DNA of 64,000 nucleotides, taken from NCBI RefSeq assembly GCF_036321535.1, contig NC_087447.1, positions 38,876,001-38,940,000 on the forward strand, written 5' to 3'. Both the position numbers and the translations under genes were made by a program. Below, piece by piece: positions 25,362-39,192 of the stretch. The notes under the pieces are model-generated. The model did no database searches. It was not told the origin of the DNA and saw nothing but the letters and a program-made list of their open reading frames with translations. Each line of letters begins with the position of its first letter. The stretch's first letter is position 1. Source of the stretch: Camelus dromedarius. Lineage: Eukaryota.

Positions 25362-26075
25362 GAAAAGTATGTAAAAGATACTAGTTTCCTTCCAAAAATA
25401 AAATCTGTTTTCTAAATACCAGTAAGGAGATTCAAAAGGACAGACCTATGGCTTTTGGAAACAATTTCCAAGGAAAATTTTCCAAGCTATTTTGGGCTCT
25501 GACAGCATTTTGGAACAAAGCAGTAATCCTGCGCATTTGGAACAAAGAGTCAAAACATGTTACTAGGGAAAGAAATGCGGAGTTAGACATAACTCCCGTG
25601 GCAGAGCTGATACGCAATGTAGAGAGATGCCACCTGTGTAGACAAGGGCAGAAGAGAGGGGAGGGGAGGGGAGAAAGGGGAAGAGCCCCATGAACCTGGT
25701 GCAGGGCATCACATTTCCAGTAGTCAAACAGGTCTTGAACCAAAGCTGAGTTGAATAGGATTTAAAAGAACTTGGAAACAGCAGTTTAGTTATTAGTTAG
25801 TGACGCCTGAAAAAAGTCTGAGTTAAATTAGTGGTGCTTAAAAAGTCTGAGTTGACCATGCCTTTATAAGAAGTTGCACTTTGAAGATGCTGGCCATGGC
25901 TTATATAGAAATTGGAATGGAACTGAAAATAGTATTTTGTATGCACTTAATTAATAAAGACAAATTGATAGCCATAGCCCTCAGTGTGGGTGATCTTGCT
26001 CTCAAACAAGCACCTGCACATAGTTGGTGCTGTATATATAAGGCAAGATATAATAGCTAGAAAGAGTTATAGTGA

Positions 26076-26533
26076 ATTTACAACAGCCAAGACATGGAAG
26101 CAACCTAAATGTCCAACACCAGATGATTGGATAAAGAAGATGTACATATATATATACAATGGAATATTACTTGGCCATAAAAAAGAATGAAATAATACCA
26201 TCTGCAGCAACATGGGTGGACCTAAAGATTATCACACTAAGTGAAGTAAGTTAGATAAAAACAAGTATCATATGATATTGCTTATATGTGGAATCTAAAG
26301 GAAATGATACACACAAACTTATTTACAAAACAGAAACAGACTCATAGACATAGAAAACAATCTTACAGTGACCAAGGGGGAAAGGGGGAGAGAGATAAAT
26401 TCGTAGTTTGGAGTTAATATGTACACACTACTATATATAAAATAGATAAACAAAAAAGACCTACTGTATAGCACAGGGAACTATACTCAATATCCTATAA
26501 TAACCTATAATGGAAAATAATCTGAGAAAGAAA

Positions 26534-26566
<33 letters not shown>

Positions 26567-26655
26567 GTGTGTGTACACGTATATAACTGAATTACTATGC
26601 TGTACACCTGAAACTAACACATTGCAAATCAACTATACTTCAAAAAAATTTTTTT
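26076..26655 (+). mobile_element. Artiodactyl/camelid-type L1 3' end with TSD
   Basis: ORF2 tail (TTAKTWKQPKCP..DDWIKKM) and 3'UTR. TSD aagagttatagtga at 26062-26075 and 26656-26669. Confidence 0.92.
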
Positions 26656-27829
26656 AAGAGTTATAGTGATATCCCTCTCTTGTGACCCAGCCATTCCATC
26701 ACTAAAAATTAATCCTAAGGAATTAAGTCAGAAGAATCTTTTTAAATCTATTTTTGTGAAGATATTCATTGAAGTGTTATGTATAAGAGTGAAAAATAAC
26801 ATCATATAATTCATAAATAAAAGGAGACTAATTTAAAATGAGAAGAGTTAAAGAAAGAAGGTTCAACAGCGTGACTCTGCTACCCCAGGGATGAGCCCAT
26901 AGAGTGCTCTGAGAGGCCTGTAAGGCATCATGCCAACAGAAGATGGTTGGAGCAGGTTAGACAGAATGGAGAAGCCACTTATGAACAGCTGAATCCTCCC
27001 TATGGATTTTGTATAGGCTAGAATAGATCTCTTGATCCTAAAATAAAGAATCATCTTAATAATGTCAGGAATGGTCTGTGTGTTTAACTCAAGACAATTT
27101 TGTTACAAACTGCAATTCCTCCCTTCAATCACAAAGCAGCAGAATCTTAAGGTGACCCTGAGTTCCTTCTCTCCTTGGGTCAGCACTAAAGGTGGTTTGG
27201 CTCCAGAAGAAGGAAGGAGAGAGAATAAAGAGTAGAGACTGAGCCAGACAGGAAAGGCATTTGTGGAAGATTAATTATATCTCATGTGGGGAAGGAAGCC
27301 ATAGACCACCGAGTTAAACAGCTGGTTTCTGCAAAAAGCTGTAACAACTGACCAACCAATTAGTTCAAGGTACAATTGGCTGCAGGTGGCAAGTTAAGAG
27401 CCAAGTCTGGCCTCTGACCAAAGGGATTTTGCCAGGGCTTGATGCTTGACCTTCTTGGTCAAACCTGGACATTCTGGGGACCTTTGCTTGTTATAGGAAA
27501 GCTTGGAGGACTGACATCCTGTGAGCTTTAGAGGCCACCCCTTCCGCAACCCCCAGAGTTCTAAAAGCTATACAGAGTTGGGCTGTCATCTAAGGCACAG
27601 AAGTCGTTATTCCACATAGAGGAGGGGATGAAGCGATGATTACCAAGTACGGAGAAAAATTTAGTTTTCCTGGTGGTATTTGCTATTTCTTCAGAGAATC
27701 TATGAGGGTCAATTTGTTGGTTGAGATTATCCATCAGCGTTTAGAGTTAGAGAATAACCAGGGTTGGAAGTCCCCATATGAAGAGGCTGGCTTTGTTGGT
27801 TGCTCAGTGAGGGGCTGGCCACCAAAAAC

Positions 27830-28390
27830 ATTCATTTGTTCAGCAAGTATCTTCTGAGCCCCTGTTCTACATGAGGTCATCATTCCACTAGGGGAGATGA
27901 AACTGAGTCACTTCCAATAGAGGGTAACTGCTTTTTACAATCCAATTAGCATGGCTTCAGAAAGAAGAGGATGGCTAACTTTTTTAGGAGAGATTTGGGG
28001 GGAAGATTTCCTAGAAGATATGTCATCTGAGCTGAGTTTTGATATGAGTTGATATTTTCTCCAACAGTGTATTACAGAGAACAAAAGGGAGCTTTGTGTA
28101 GCTGGAATGTTCAATACGAAGAGGGAAGAACAGGAAATGATATCAGAGATGTGGTCCTGGCCAAGGTCATGAAGGCTCTTAAATGCAGTTAAGGAATTAG
28201 ACTTTATCTAGATGTTGAGAAACACTGAATAGGCTAAAGCACAGTAAAGAGGTGGTTAGACTTGCATTTTAGAAAAAGGACTATTTGGGGGATGGAAAAG
28301 AGTGGGACAAGGCGAGAGGCAGAGAGAATAAGCAGGGGACTCTTCCAATAGTCAAGGAAGAAGATAAGAAGCATCTGAACTAAGGCAGTG
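27830..28390 (-). mobile_element. L2 fragment
   Basis: ttcatttgttcagcaagtatcttctgagc...catctgagctgagttttga...gttaaggaattagactttatct...ttgcattttagaaaa. Confidence 0.7.
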
Positions 28391-28605
28391 GAAACCTTGC
28401 CTTTCCCCCACCTCTCCTCCCCTGATGCAGATGGTGTAGCCCTTCCTCCCAACACTAGCAGTCAGCTCAGAATCAGCTGCCCACCTGCTCTAGGCTGGCT
28501 GTGGTCTGGCCCTGGCTCTGAAGATGGATGCCAGCACGTGGAGGGGTCATGTGATGGGACAGGCTTGGGAGTCAGAGGAAAGGAAGTCAAACCCCAGTGT
28601 CACTG

Positions 28606-29542
28606 TGTTATGGGCAGAATTGTGTCCCTCCCTCCAACTCATATGTTAAAAAAAACTCCAACCCACAACATGACTCTATCTGGAGATAGGACACATAGGG
28701 AGGTAATTAAGGTTATATGAAGTCATAAAAGTGGGGCCCTAATCTCCTAGGACTGGTGACTTTATAAGAAGAGGAAGACTCACCAGAGAGCTTTTCCTCT
28801 CCTCATGTCTGCATAAAAGGCCATGTGAGGACTCAGGAAAAAGGTGGCTGTCTACAAGCCAGGAAGAGAGGCCTCACCAAACACGAACCCTGCTGCACCT
28901 TGCTCCTGGATTTCTAGCCTCCAGAACTATGAGAGAACTTCTGTCATTTAAGCTACAGTAGGGAGGTAAAATACGCCACCTCATATTACCTACTACTAGG
29001 GCATGAGGATTACTTTGAGCTGAAGGCAACTGAGAATAAGCAGATTCAAGAAAAGATCTCTGTGCTTACCCTATTTGCCTAAAAATAGGACTTAAATCCT
29101 CCCCCCCCCCCCCCTTCTACCAGGAAGGACAAAAGTTAACCATTGGAGACAGCTTTTAACCCCTGAGCCTGGAGATGGCATCAGAGAAATCTACATAAAC
29201 TTCACTAACTAGCCCAGAATTTGTTGCCCCTGGAGTCTCAAGGTTCTTTTGCTTTGTCTTGTCATTTCTAGAAAATGTATTGTTCCTTTGCAACATGACA
29301 TATGGCATATAAACCTAAGTTCTAACCAATCCTTTGAGTTACTGATCTCTGAGTGCTCCCATATGTAAATATGACACACATGCTAATAAACTTCTGTTTT
29401 CTCTTGTTAATCTGTCTTTTGTCATCCCAGTGCAGGCAGTCCCCAGGCACAGAACCTAAGAAGGTTGTAGGAAAGAGAATTTTTCCTCCACTATACCACC
29501 CAGTCTCTGATAATGTTACGGCAGCCTGAGCTGACTCATACA
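28606..29542 (+). mobile_element. MLT1A solo LTR split by an ERV1 LTR
   Basis: tgttatgggcagaattgtgtccc...aaggtggctgtctacaagccaggaagagaggcctcacc...gcagcctgagctgactcataca. 5-bp TSD cactg/cactc. Confidence 0.88.
28957..29495 (+). mobile_element. ERV1 solo LTR (MER34/MER39-like)
   Basis: ggcatgaggattactttgagctgaaggcaactgaga...aataaacttctgttttctcttgttaatctgtcttttgtca...tttttcctccactata. 4-bp TSD ctac/ccac. Confidence 0.8.
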
Positions 29543-30244
29543 CACTCTTTGCAGCAAAGTCTCTTGAACAAATCATTTAGGCTGACTGAGCCTCAGCTTC
29601 CCTATCTCTGAAATGAAAATGGTAAAATAATAATCCTTAAATAATTCTTACTTTACAGGAAAATAATTCTTACTTTAATGTGACTCATGAGGGTCAAATG
29701 AGCTATACAGTTAGCAAATGGAGTTTACTTGAAAGCCCTTTGTAAATTGTGCATTAAAATAAAATAATAAATATTCCTTCCATGAATGCCCTGGATTGAT
29801 AAAAGATTAAAATATTTTCAATCATAGCATTAATTTAATTATTATACTTAACAATAATTTCTGTCTCTTGGATATATTTTAAATGCATATAATTAGCCAA
29901 TAATCAAAAGTTAATTGATCACAGATGTCTAATAAGCTTTCAGTTCAAATTCTAGGATGGTAACCAATGCCAATAAAATCACTTGGGAAATTTCTATATT
30001 TTCATTAAAAAAAAAAACCCCACAGAATTCCAAATATATGGAGTACTCCAAATACAGCCTATATAAGAGATTTCTTTGAAATGTTTAACATCTGTAGGCA
30101 CATTCAGAAACAAGCATCTTCAATATTCATTTTATTTTACTAATATCTCTGTTACATGGAAAGTGTCTGTTAATAAGTATGGACAGAAAGATAATCACAT
30201 AGGAAGTAATTGATATAAATATTCTTTTTATCATAGAGTATTAA

Positions 30245-30456
30245 GAATATCTCAGCCTTTTTTCATTATTGCCCCTAAGTAGCCTTTTAGACATTTTTCC
30301 CTAACATCTTCAATGAAATTTTAATGTCACCAATATATTGTATACATACATACATACTATTTACATGGGTGTCTGTGCTTTATACCATGTGAAGCATATA
30401 ACCAAGAACCAATTTTCACCCCTTTGGGGTGATATTGCCTCTGTTGAGAATGCATG
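30245..30456. mobile_element. hAT-Charlie MITE (MER20B-like)
   Basis: ccaagaaccaattttcacccctttggggtgatattgcctctgttgagaatgcatg terminus. Confidence 0.55.
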
Positions 30457-32624
30457 GCTGTAAGATGATTCTTAAAATAGAGCATGTAATTAGTCTTTAC
30501 AATAAAGCCAATGGAAACTGCATTCAGTGTGAGACATGAAGCCATTTTCAGAGGGCATACCTGGACACGAAGACAAATGTGGCTGGAGGGGCCTGGCTCA
30601 GAGCTACACATGACTAGCCTCAGAGGGGACTCTCTACTGAGAACCTATTTGCAGGAGGAGGCCAGGAGCCTTCCAGGAAAGCACACAAATTTGGTTCAGA
30701 GTCAGTGAGCCAGTGGAAGAGGTAAGCAGAGGACTAAGCACAGCAGTGTGGTCTGTCCATAGACTGTCCCTCATCCCATTGGGCTCATGCTGAATCCTAA
30801 GGCAAAGGAGCTTCAATGTAAGAGAAATAAAAATTGAAATCTCCTACATAACCTCCCACCCGTTGTTCCCATGGTGTGCTGAGAAACAGTGCAGGGACTG
30901 GGACTGCGTGTGTTCAGCTGGTGGGGGGGTTCTCACAGCTACTGCAGGTGACTTGTGACTACTGTCCTCATGCCAGTCTCAGCTCCACTCAGCTGGTGGC
31001 CTGGGAGCCCTGGACCATACCCATATTCCAAGGGATGTTGAAATGCCCACCCAGTAGCATCCAAACATCTTAGCGCATCACTCAAGGCTCTTTATGAGAG
31101 AGGCTGAGCCTTTCTATTGAGCTCCGGTGTTGAAGTCAGTTAGACTCAGGTTTGATTAAGCGACTTCCCCAAGATCACTCAGTGGCAGAAATGAATTCAA
31201 ATCCACATCTTCTGACTCCTAGTTCCTTGTTCTTCTGTTATATCATGTTGTCTGTCTCTGATACTAAAGCAGACTTGAGGGTTGAGAAATAGTAGAGTCT
31301 ACTTGTTTTAGGAAGACCTTTGAGGGAAGAATGGACGTGTTTTGTGCTCACAGGATTGCTGTTAGGGAGTGAAGAGATGGTAGCAGGGATTGTCCACCCA
31401 CCCAGAGGGCCACCACCTTTTTCATAGGTGAGGGGCCTGAGGCCTCCTGTGACCTCTACTCACCTGTATTCCTGTATGCTCATCCTTCCCAATCCCAGTC
31501 TCTCACACACACACACACACACGATTCAGGTAAAATCAAAGAAAGAGTACACCTTTGAGTAAACATCAGTCGTCAGCTAGAACAAAGCTGAACCCACTGC
31601 CCAGCACAGGTCTAAGGAAACTGCTTCAGTGAAAAGATCAGGCTTGTGATGAACCCAATAAGGGCAGCTTCAAAACAAGCAGAGACAACTGATTAAGATG
31701 TGTATACTTAATCAATTATTTGGGGTTCTATGCAAAATTTTTGCACAAATTGTACTTTTATAAATAAAATCCATTTATGTGCAAAAAAAAAAAACCCAGC
31801 CATCCTAATTTTCTCATTTTGGGAATGATGGACAATAACTTTTGAACTTCCCAAAGAATAAGAAAAAACTGAATTTAAAATAATCTTAATCTGCATTTTC
31901 TGGTAAAATAACTAAGTTCATTTATCTTTGTTCTTTGTTGTGATAATCCTTTAACTTATCTTAGATTTTCAAATGTGTTGCCCTTTCCCATGGGTAGCAT
32001 CCCCAAGATCTGAACCTGCCTCCGGGCAGTAGCACCAATTAATTAAAGATTGACTTGAGCTCAGCGTCCAGTGAACTCAGCCTCCACTCCACCAAGACCA
32101 AGGAGAGAAACACACTTGGGAGAAGAAGCTTCTGACCAAAAAAGAAAACATATTTCTTAACAAGTGTCACAAAATAATGACCCAAGGGATAGAGCGCAGG
32201 GAGAAAGTGTGTGCTTGAGGACTTTGTAAGAAATGCTGACATCTCTGTAATGCCAGAGTAGGAATCAAAGCCCAGCAGTATCTCCTCCTTGAACAATTAC
32301 CTACTTTCTTTGTATTTTTAGGAGCCAGTTAAGCAAGAGCAGCAGAATATGCTGTCCCCAGGACCCTCAAAGGATTGGCTATGTGAACAGACATTCCAAT
32401 ATGGGAGAAATGCCAGGATCAAGAAGTCTTATCAGGAGTTTGTGTCAAATGGGACTCTATCCCTGGTAGGTACAGACTGGTTTAGAAATACTTCTTCAAG
32501 AGAGTAGATGTTTGCCCCTCTGGGCACCAGCATTGTGACTCTACATAGAGTCACTGATTATTATTATTATTATTGTCATTGATTCAACAAGCACTTATTG
32601 GTTGTCCACTTTCTGCCAGGTACT

Positions 32625-32870
32625 GAGATAATAATGGCCCCAGCTAACATGTTTACTAAGTGCAAAGCCCGGGGCCAACTTCCTTCCATGTGTTACCCAG
32701 TTAATCCTCAGGATAATGCTGATTGGTTGCTATTTTCCCCATTTTACAGTTGAAGTCCCCAAAGCCTGCTGAGTCTATGTAATTTGCTCAAGATCACAGG
32801 GATAGTAGCAGAGTGAGGATTCTAACCCAGGCATCTGATTGGAGAATCCATGTCCTTAACCACTTTGCTA
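32625..32870 (-). mobile_element. MIR
   Basis: ttaatcctcaggataa...cccattttacagttgaag...aatttgctcaagatcacag...ggattctaacccaggc. Confidence 0.8.
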
Positions 32871-33039
32871 GAATGAGAACAATCACTTGGGACTATTAAG
32901 GGTACAGATTTACTAAAGATTGTTCCCCATTCCCCCCGCCCCTTGCTAGAGCACTCAAGAGTCCCATCAGGAAGAGTCAAGGTGATAATATTTCAATACT
33001 ATCTGGTAAGAGCTATTGTGTTATGTTGTTCAAGACACA

Positions 33040-34095
33040 CAAGTGACACCAAACACACAAGTAACAAGAGGAAAACACACTCAATGGACTTCATCAAAAT
33101 TAAAACTTTGGGACTTCAAAGGACACCACCCAGGAAGTGAAAAGACAACCTATAGAATGGGAAAAACTTTTTTGCAAATTATATATCTGTACCTTATATT
33201 TAGACTATATAGATGACTCTTTATCTAGAGTTCAAATACCCTATAAAAGGATAAAAGTGATATATCGTATGATAAAAAGACATACACCACAATCAAAAAA
33301 TGAGCAAAGGAACTGAACAGACATTTCTCCAAAGAAGATGAACAACTGGCTGAACAAACATGTGAAATGATGTTCACCACTGTTAGCCATTAAGGAAATA
33401 TAAGTCAAAACTACAGGGAGATCCAACTTCACACCCACTAGGATGGCTACAATAAAAAAGATAACAAGTGACGGCGAGGATATGGACAAATCAGAGCCCT
33501 CATACACCACTAGTTGGAACGTAAAATGGTGCAGCTTCTTGAGAAAAAGTTTGGCAATTTCTCAAAAGGTTAAACACAGAGTCACCAGCTGACCCAGTTT
33601 TCAGATACACAAAAACTTGTACACGGATATTTATAGCATATGAATATTCATATTCATGTTACTATTTATGTAGCCAAAAGGTGGAAACAATGTAAATCTC
33701 CATCAAATACTGGATAAATAAAATGTGTTTTACTCATAAAATAGAATAGTATTTGGCAATAAAAAGAAATGAAGTACTGACATAAGCTACAACAAGGATG
33801 AAATTTGATCACACATGTTGTATTATCCCATTTATATGAAATGAACAGAAGAGGCAAACCCATAAAGACAGATAGTAGAGTAGTGATCGCTAAAGCTGGA
33901 TACTGTTGGAGGAAATGGAGAGTGACTGAGAATAAGCACAGTGTTTCCTTTAGGGGTGGGTGATGAAAATGTTCTAAAATTAATTGTAGTGATGACTGCA
34001 CAGCTCTAAATATACTAAAAACCACTGAATTATATATTTTAAATGGGTGTGTTGTATGGTATGTGAATTATATCTCAATCAAGCTGTATTTTTTA
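33040..34095 (+). mobile_element. L1MB-like ORF2 end and 3'UTR
   Basis: ggacttcatcaaaattaaaac, aactgaacagacatttctccaaagaag and gatgaaaatgttctaaaattaattgtagtgatgactgcaca...tgtgaattatatctcaat. Confidence 0.88.
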
Positions 34096-34494
34096 GAAAA
34101 AGATACGCTGGTAACAAACAGAAGTAATCAGAAGATTGACGCCCACTGGGAATGCCTGCATTTGGCGAAGTTTGCTGATGTGCCGGGGCCGCAATGTGTG
34201 TGCGGCGACACAGAAGTGAATCAGATGCCACTTCTACCCTCAGGTTGGTCACAGTCTCTCCAGATGCAAGGGGAGTTCAGACAACTGTGAAAAGATCAGC
34301 ATTTGTGGGCACCGGGTGCATGTAGCCTAGGAGCTCCTGGGAGGGGCATCCTCACCCTGAGAATATGGAGCGAGGGGCGTGAGGTCACCTTCGGGGAGTG
34401 AAACTAGAAATAGGTGTACTATGTCGGAGAGCACAGTGAGTCCCTGACCCCAAGGCTCAGCTGCCGCTCATTTCACAGTATTGCAATACCTACA

Positions 34495-34679
34495 GCAGTG
34501 GTGCTCTAAGGAAATAAATTTGCCCCCAGACCTTTGACAACGCCTGGAGACATTTTTACTGTCACAACTCAGGGGGTAGAGTGCTACTAGCATGTAGTGA
34601 CAAGGCTCAGTACAGCCACCCAACAACATAGAATCACCTGGTCCAAAATGTCAACAGTGCCAAGAGCTTCAGAAACCGA
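34495..34679. mobile_element. MER20 (hAT-Charlie)
   Basis: tttgcccccag...cctggagacatttttactgtcacaac...tgctactagcat...ccaaaatgtcaacagtgccaag. Confidence 0.82.
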
Positions 34680-34775
34680 GATCTGAAGCAAGTAAACACT
34701 GTTCAGCAGGGGAATGATCAGCCACAGATAATGCTTAGAGAAGGGAGACTCACAGAAGCCAACTTTCAACAGAAA

Positions 34776-35210
34776 CCATAGGCTGAATTGTGTCCCCCAA
34801 TCAACAAAAAGATATGTTGAAATCCTAACTCCCAAGACCTCAGTATACAAGCTTATTTGGAAATAGTCATTGCAGATGTAATTAGTTAAGATGAGGTCAT
34901 ACTGGAATAGAGGGGCCCCCCAACACATGACTAGCATCCTCATAACAAGAACGCCACTTGAAGATGACAGCAAATATCGGGGTGATGCATCTACAAGCCA
35001 AGGAAGACCAAAGAGTGGCCACAAACCAGCAGAAACTAGAGAAGAGGCGTGGAACTGTATTCTTTCTCACACCCTCCAAAGGAACCAACCCTGCCAACAC
35101 CCTAATCTCAGAGTTCTAGGCTCTAGGCTCCAGAACTGTGGAAGAATAAATTTCTGTTGCCTAAGCCAGTGTGTGGTAGTTTGTTCTGGCAGCCCTAGCA
35201 AACTGATACA
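34776..35210 (+). mobile_element. MLT1C-like solo LTR
   Basis: ggctgaattgtgtccccc...ttgcagatgtaattagttaagatgaggtcatactgga...ccagaactgtggaagaataaatttctgttg...gcagccctagcaaactgataca. Confidence 0.88.
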
Positions 35211-35889
35211 TCCAAGCACTGTTTATGGGAGACAGCATCTTGGCCAATGGACTTTGCACATCCTAGACCCTCATTATTCAGTCCCTACATGTCCCTTAGT
35301 TCTGTTTCCAGGCTTATCAGGTTATAGATAATTATGATACTCACCCCCTCCCCATCCCAGGGAAAGGATGGGCTGATTGTTCAGTCCAAGTATGCCAGCC
35401 CCAATGTCTCTCTGGCTCGAGCTCTCCTGAACATTGACTAGGGAGAATCTCTGAATCTCTGTCTCAGAGCAGAGAGCCAGACCCAGCTGGCCTCACCTGA
35501 GGCTGGTGGTTTCCAAAGTCTGCACAGAGTGTGCAAGGCAAGGGATGAACAAGAACTTCCACTGGAGTGAAGGAAGGAACATTAGACATTATTTAGAATT
35601 TCTTTTAAATTAGAAATAAAGTTTAATAATAGTCAATGCATGAATTGACAAGAAAACCTGTAAATAGCTTGTGGGTAAATATTCACGTATTGTGGACGTG
35701 TACTTCAGAACAACAGCAGTGACAGGAGTGGTCACTGCCTTACATCATATCACTGTCATTTCTCTGCTCTGGCTTGAAACTGATTTATTTAAGACCTTAA
35801 CTGTCAGGCTAAGGGATCTGGCTTCTATCCTGTGGGCTGTGAAAGCCCTCAGAAGGTTTTAAGAGGGAAACAGTAGCAATTCCGGAGGA

Positions 35890-36165
35890 AGGTTAACAGC
35901 ATGGCAATTAGTGTGGATTCTGGAACCAGGTGAATAATTTCCAAGCTGTAGTATTTACTAGTTTGTAACATCTACAAATATTTGTAATATTTGCTGTTTA
36001 ACCTTGGGCAAGTTGTTTAGCCTCTTCACGCCTCTGGTTTCTCATTTGTAATATGAGGGTAATAAGAGTAACCACCTCTTGATATGGTAGTAAAGACTGA
36101 GAGAGAAGACACATTTGGAGCACCTCACACAGGGCATCTGGCACATGGCAGTCATCAATAAGGGT
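35890..36165 (+). mobile_element. MIR
   Basis: accttgggcaagttgtttagcctcttcacgcctctggtttctcatttgtaatatgagggtaataa...ctggcacatgg. Confidence 0.8.
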
Positions 36166-36802
36166 TGTGATCCTGTTTTAGGATATCACTTTCTTGGACC
36201 CACATTTCAAAGTAAGATGCAGACCTCAAGCCACCACATTCTAGAACTAGTTCTTCAAATTTAGGTGGAAGCTGCCTAGAAAACAGTATTTGAAGATATA
36301 TGAATTCTTTGGCTCCAAAACCTTCTGGTTTATTCAGTCCTGGGCATAATGGCTTTGAATGCCTCTGATAACATGCAAAAGCATGCCTGGAAGGTGTAAG
36401 CCATTACATGCCTCATTTTGTGCGTATACAAATTTAAATCCAGGTCTACCATACACCAGTGTACCAAGCTGTCTTTATTCTAAACTGGTAAACTCTAGAA
36501 CTAGTGTCTCCCCAAATGCCTTATATTTTTACTTCAAAATATTTTTACTTCCTGGTTTCACAGCCTTGGGGCTACACCTGCCCCATCACTAAACAGCCTT
36601 AATTGGGGATTTTGAAATCCAAATGAAAAAATGACAGGTGGTGTTATGTTCTTAGCCACTCAGTCTCTAACTGGTTTTAAAATTCATCCCTTTCCCCCTC
36701 GGAAAATTCAAGTCATTTTCTCAGTTTAAGGAGTGTTTGCAGGAGCTGAATTTGTTCTTGTTAACTCCGATTCTGAGGGGTCCTCTGACAAATTACGTTC
36801 AA

Positions 36803-36821
36803 GAGCTCCATCTGCTGGCCA
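36803..36821 (-). promoter_or_regulatory. CTCF motif
   Basis: The reverse complement TGGCCAGCAGATGGAGCTC closely matches the CTCF core, in non-repeat DNA. Confidence 0.55.
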
Positions 36822-38199
36822 AAGTTTAAAATAAAAAAAATGAAAGAATAAGCAGGAGCTTAAATGGTCTTATGCCTTTAATCAGCAGCTTAACTACTTA
36901 ACCATGAAAATGAGCTTCCCCGGGCTAATGAGACTTGCCCAATTTGCAGAAACCCGGTGTTTATTTTTGTAGCACAATTTTCCAGCTGCCTGCATCCTGC
37001 GTTCCTTTACAGTGTGGAGCATCTGCTTATGCTGCGTTGTTGGTGTATACAGGTCTGCTTAAAGCTCCCCCTGGATACTGAGAGGCAGAGGATGAGCTAG
37101 GTGTCCCAGGTTTGAAAACTGGATTATGGGATCCAGATTCTGGGTTCTGCCTATCGGGACCCAGGAATTAGGTACAAGTCGCTATATTTCATTATTAAAC
37201 AAAAAAAAATGGTAAGAAGACAAGGTGAACTTTGATGATACGGTGTAAAAGCAAGGAAATCAATAAGAACTGAAGCAATGTGGTCCACGGTCAGCACATC
37301 TCCGGCTCTCTCTCACTCTGCTCTTTAAAAAATGCAAGGATTTCTGCAATAACGAGATCTATGGGTTCCTGGGGGAGAGGAGAAAAACACAGTTTCTGCA
37401 AAATGGCAAACTAAAAATAAAAGACTTATGGGCACAATAGGACTGAGGCAGACAGTTTAAAGCTCACACAACTTTGCAACCAGAGCCCTAACCAAAGCAA
37501 TAACAATCTTAATAAAAAATACCAGCAGAGTTTAAAAAGAGCTTAGCACCTAATAAATAAAAAATTCTGCAGAAGACAAAGGAACTTGCCTGAAAAAGAA
37601 AATAGAAAGAGAACGTAATTTGGTAGCAGGCAATGTGGGAGAAGCTGTCGCCTCCTGACTCTTGGAGGTAAGGGGAAAATGGGCAGGATCAGTGCACTGA
37701 GCAGGGAGCACTTCTAGACAAAGACGATGCTAAGGTGACAGGGAGACAGGAGGCAGGGAGAAGTGCATTGCCCTGCCTCCCTCCTCCACTTGCTGCCATC
37801 AGCCTTGGTCCTAAACCTTGCCTTCATCTTCTGACAGGCTGGAATCATCACCTACAAACCAATACGATTTCCACGTTTCACTGACATTGTTCCACTCCGC
37901 CATTTACTCATCACATTTGAGCTAATTTATGTTGAAATCACGCACAAACACACCAGCGTTATAGCAAAACAGACTGAATGTGGTATGCTTCCCTGGCATA
38001 CATTTGACACAAACCCCTGCTGAAAGGCTAGATCCATCAGGCCTGCATCTTCCTCTTGCCTCTCTCCTTACAAACTCAATGTTGGGTTCACAATGTCCCC
38101 ACCTCCTGGCTACAGGGGCACCATCAAGGCTTTGGGCTCCTGGGCTCTTCAGTTATGTCTGAGGTACTATCAGGTAGTTAGCAACACTGTGGATATTTG

Positions 38200-38785
38200 A
38201 CAAGCTTATTTTGGTTACTAGTGAGAGACTCCAAACAACAACTATCTTAAGAAAGGATAACATTTTGCTAACCTAGTCAAAAGTCCAGCTGTACATACAA
38301 CTTCAGGCTTAGCTGGAGTCAGAGGCTCAAATTTGGTTCCTGTCTCTCCTTCTTACCTTCATTCTCCACACTTTCTGCTTTCCTTGGTGATAGTGTCATT
38401 CTTTTCCAGGCCCTGTCCCATCAGTGGCACCTGGACCTTCCAGACCCATAATCCTCATAGCTAGCAATGCCAGAGAGAAGGGAGCTTCTCCTCCCCAATA
38501 GTTTTTGCAATAATAATAATAATAATAATAATAATAAGGAGCAAACAGGAACAATCTCATTGCCGTGGCTTGATACACGTGCTCCCCAACCTTGCCTTAG
38601 TCCACTAGGGATGACCGGAGGATGAAGTCTCTGACTGGCTGGGTCAGGTTGCAGGCTGATCCTTGGATTCAGGGACTGGGTCAGCCCCAGCCAAACCAGC
38701 TGTACTTGGAGAGGGAGCTGCTCCCAAGAGAGAGACAGGTCCAGTGCCTGGAAAGGGGGATGGATTAACACAGACACCCATCACC
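38200..38785 (-). mobile_element. Old MLT1 (K/L-like) LTR containing (AAT)n at ~38509-38537
   Basis: acttcaggcttagctggagtcagaggctcaaat...ccagagagaagggagcttctcctccccaatagtt. Confidence 0.6.
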
Positions 38786-38879
38786 CATAGAGGTCTAAGC
38801 CAGGCACTTGTCTAGTAGCTTGGGAGGTCTGGGGAATCTGGTTTCTGATGAACACGGTATCTGAGACAAACTATTTACC

Positions 38880-39192
38880 TTGGATTTAAACAAAGAACAG
38901 AAAAAGATGGATCTGGCCTGCTTGTATATTTTGTTTGGCCTGAGAGTGCTGTTTTTTATTTTTTTAATTGGCTGCCAACAATTAGAACTCGCAAAATTCA
39001 GGGCTTCTCTTAAATGGGAGCCACATTGTGCCCATTTTCCCACATGGAGAGTTGAATAGGAGCTGCCCCTTTATTGACCCGTCCTCTCCTGTTCACAGTA
39101 GTCCTCACTGGTCCCTGTGCTCCCCCGTCCTCCCCCAGGTCACTCATTTTGTTATCCACTTGGCCCCTGGAGGCATCTGGATTTGCAATCTG
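38880..39192. mobile_element. hAT-Charlie element (MER102-like)
   Basis: ggatctggcctgcttgtatattttgtttggcc...ttcccacatgg...gctgcccctt...cttggcccctggaggcatctggatttgc. Confidence 0.6.

Larger units (their letters stand above)
28545..29750 (+). mobile_element. MIR split by MLT1A
   Basis: 5' part ggcttgggagtcaga...; resumes at 29543 with ctgagcctcagcttccctatctctgaaatg...tgagggtcaaatgag. Confidence 0.7.

Noticed and set aside
25797..25853. Short imperfect tandem duplication (ttagtg...aaaaagtctgagtt twice)
   Set aside because: Only two ~30-bp units; ordinary local duplication, not an array.
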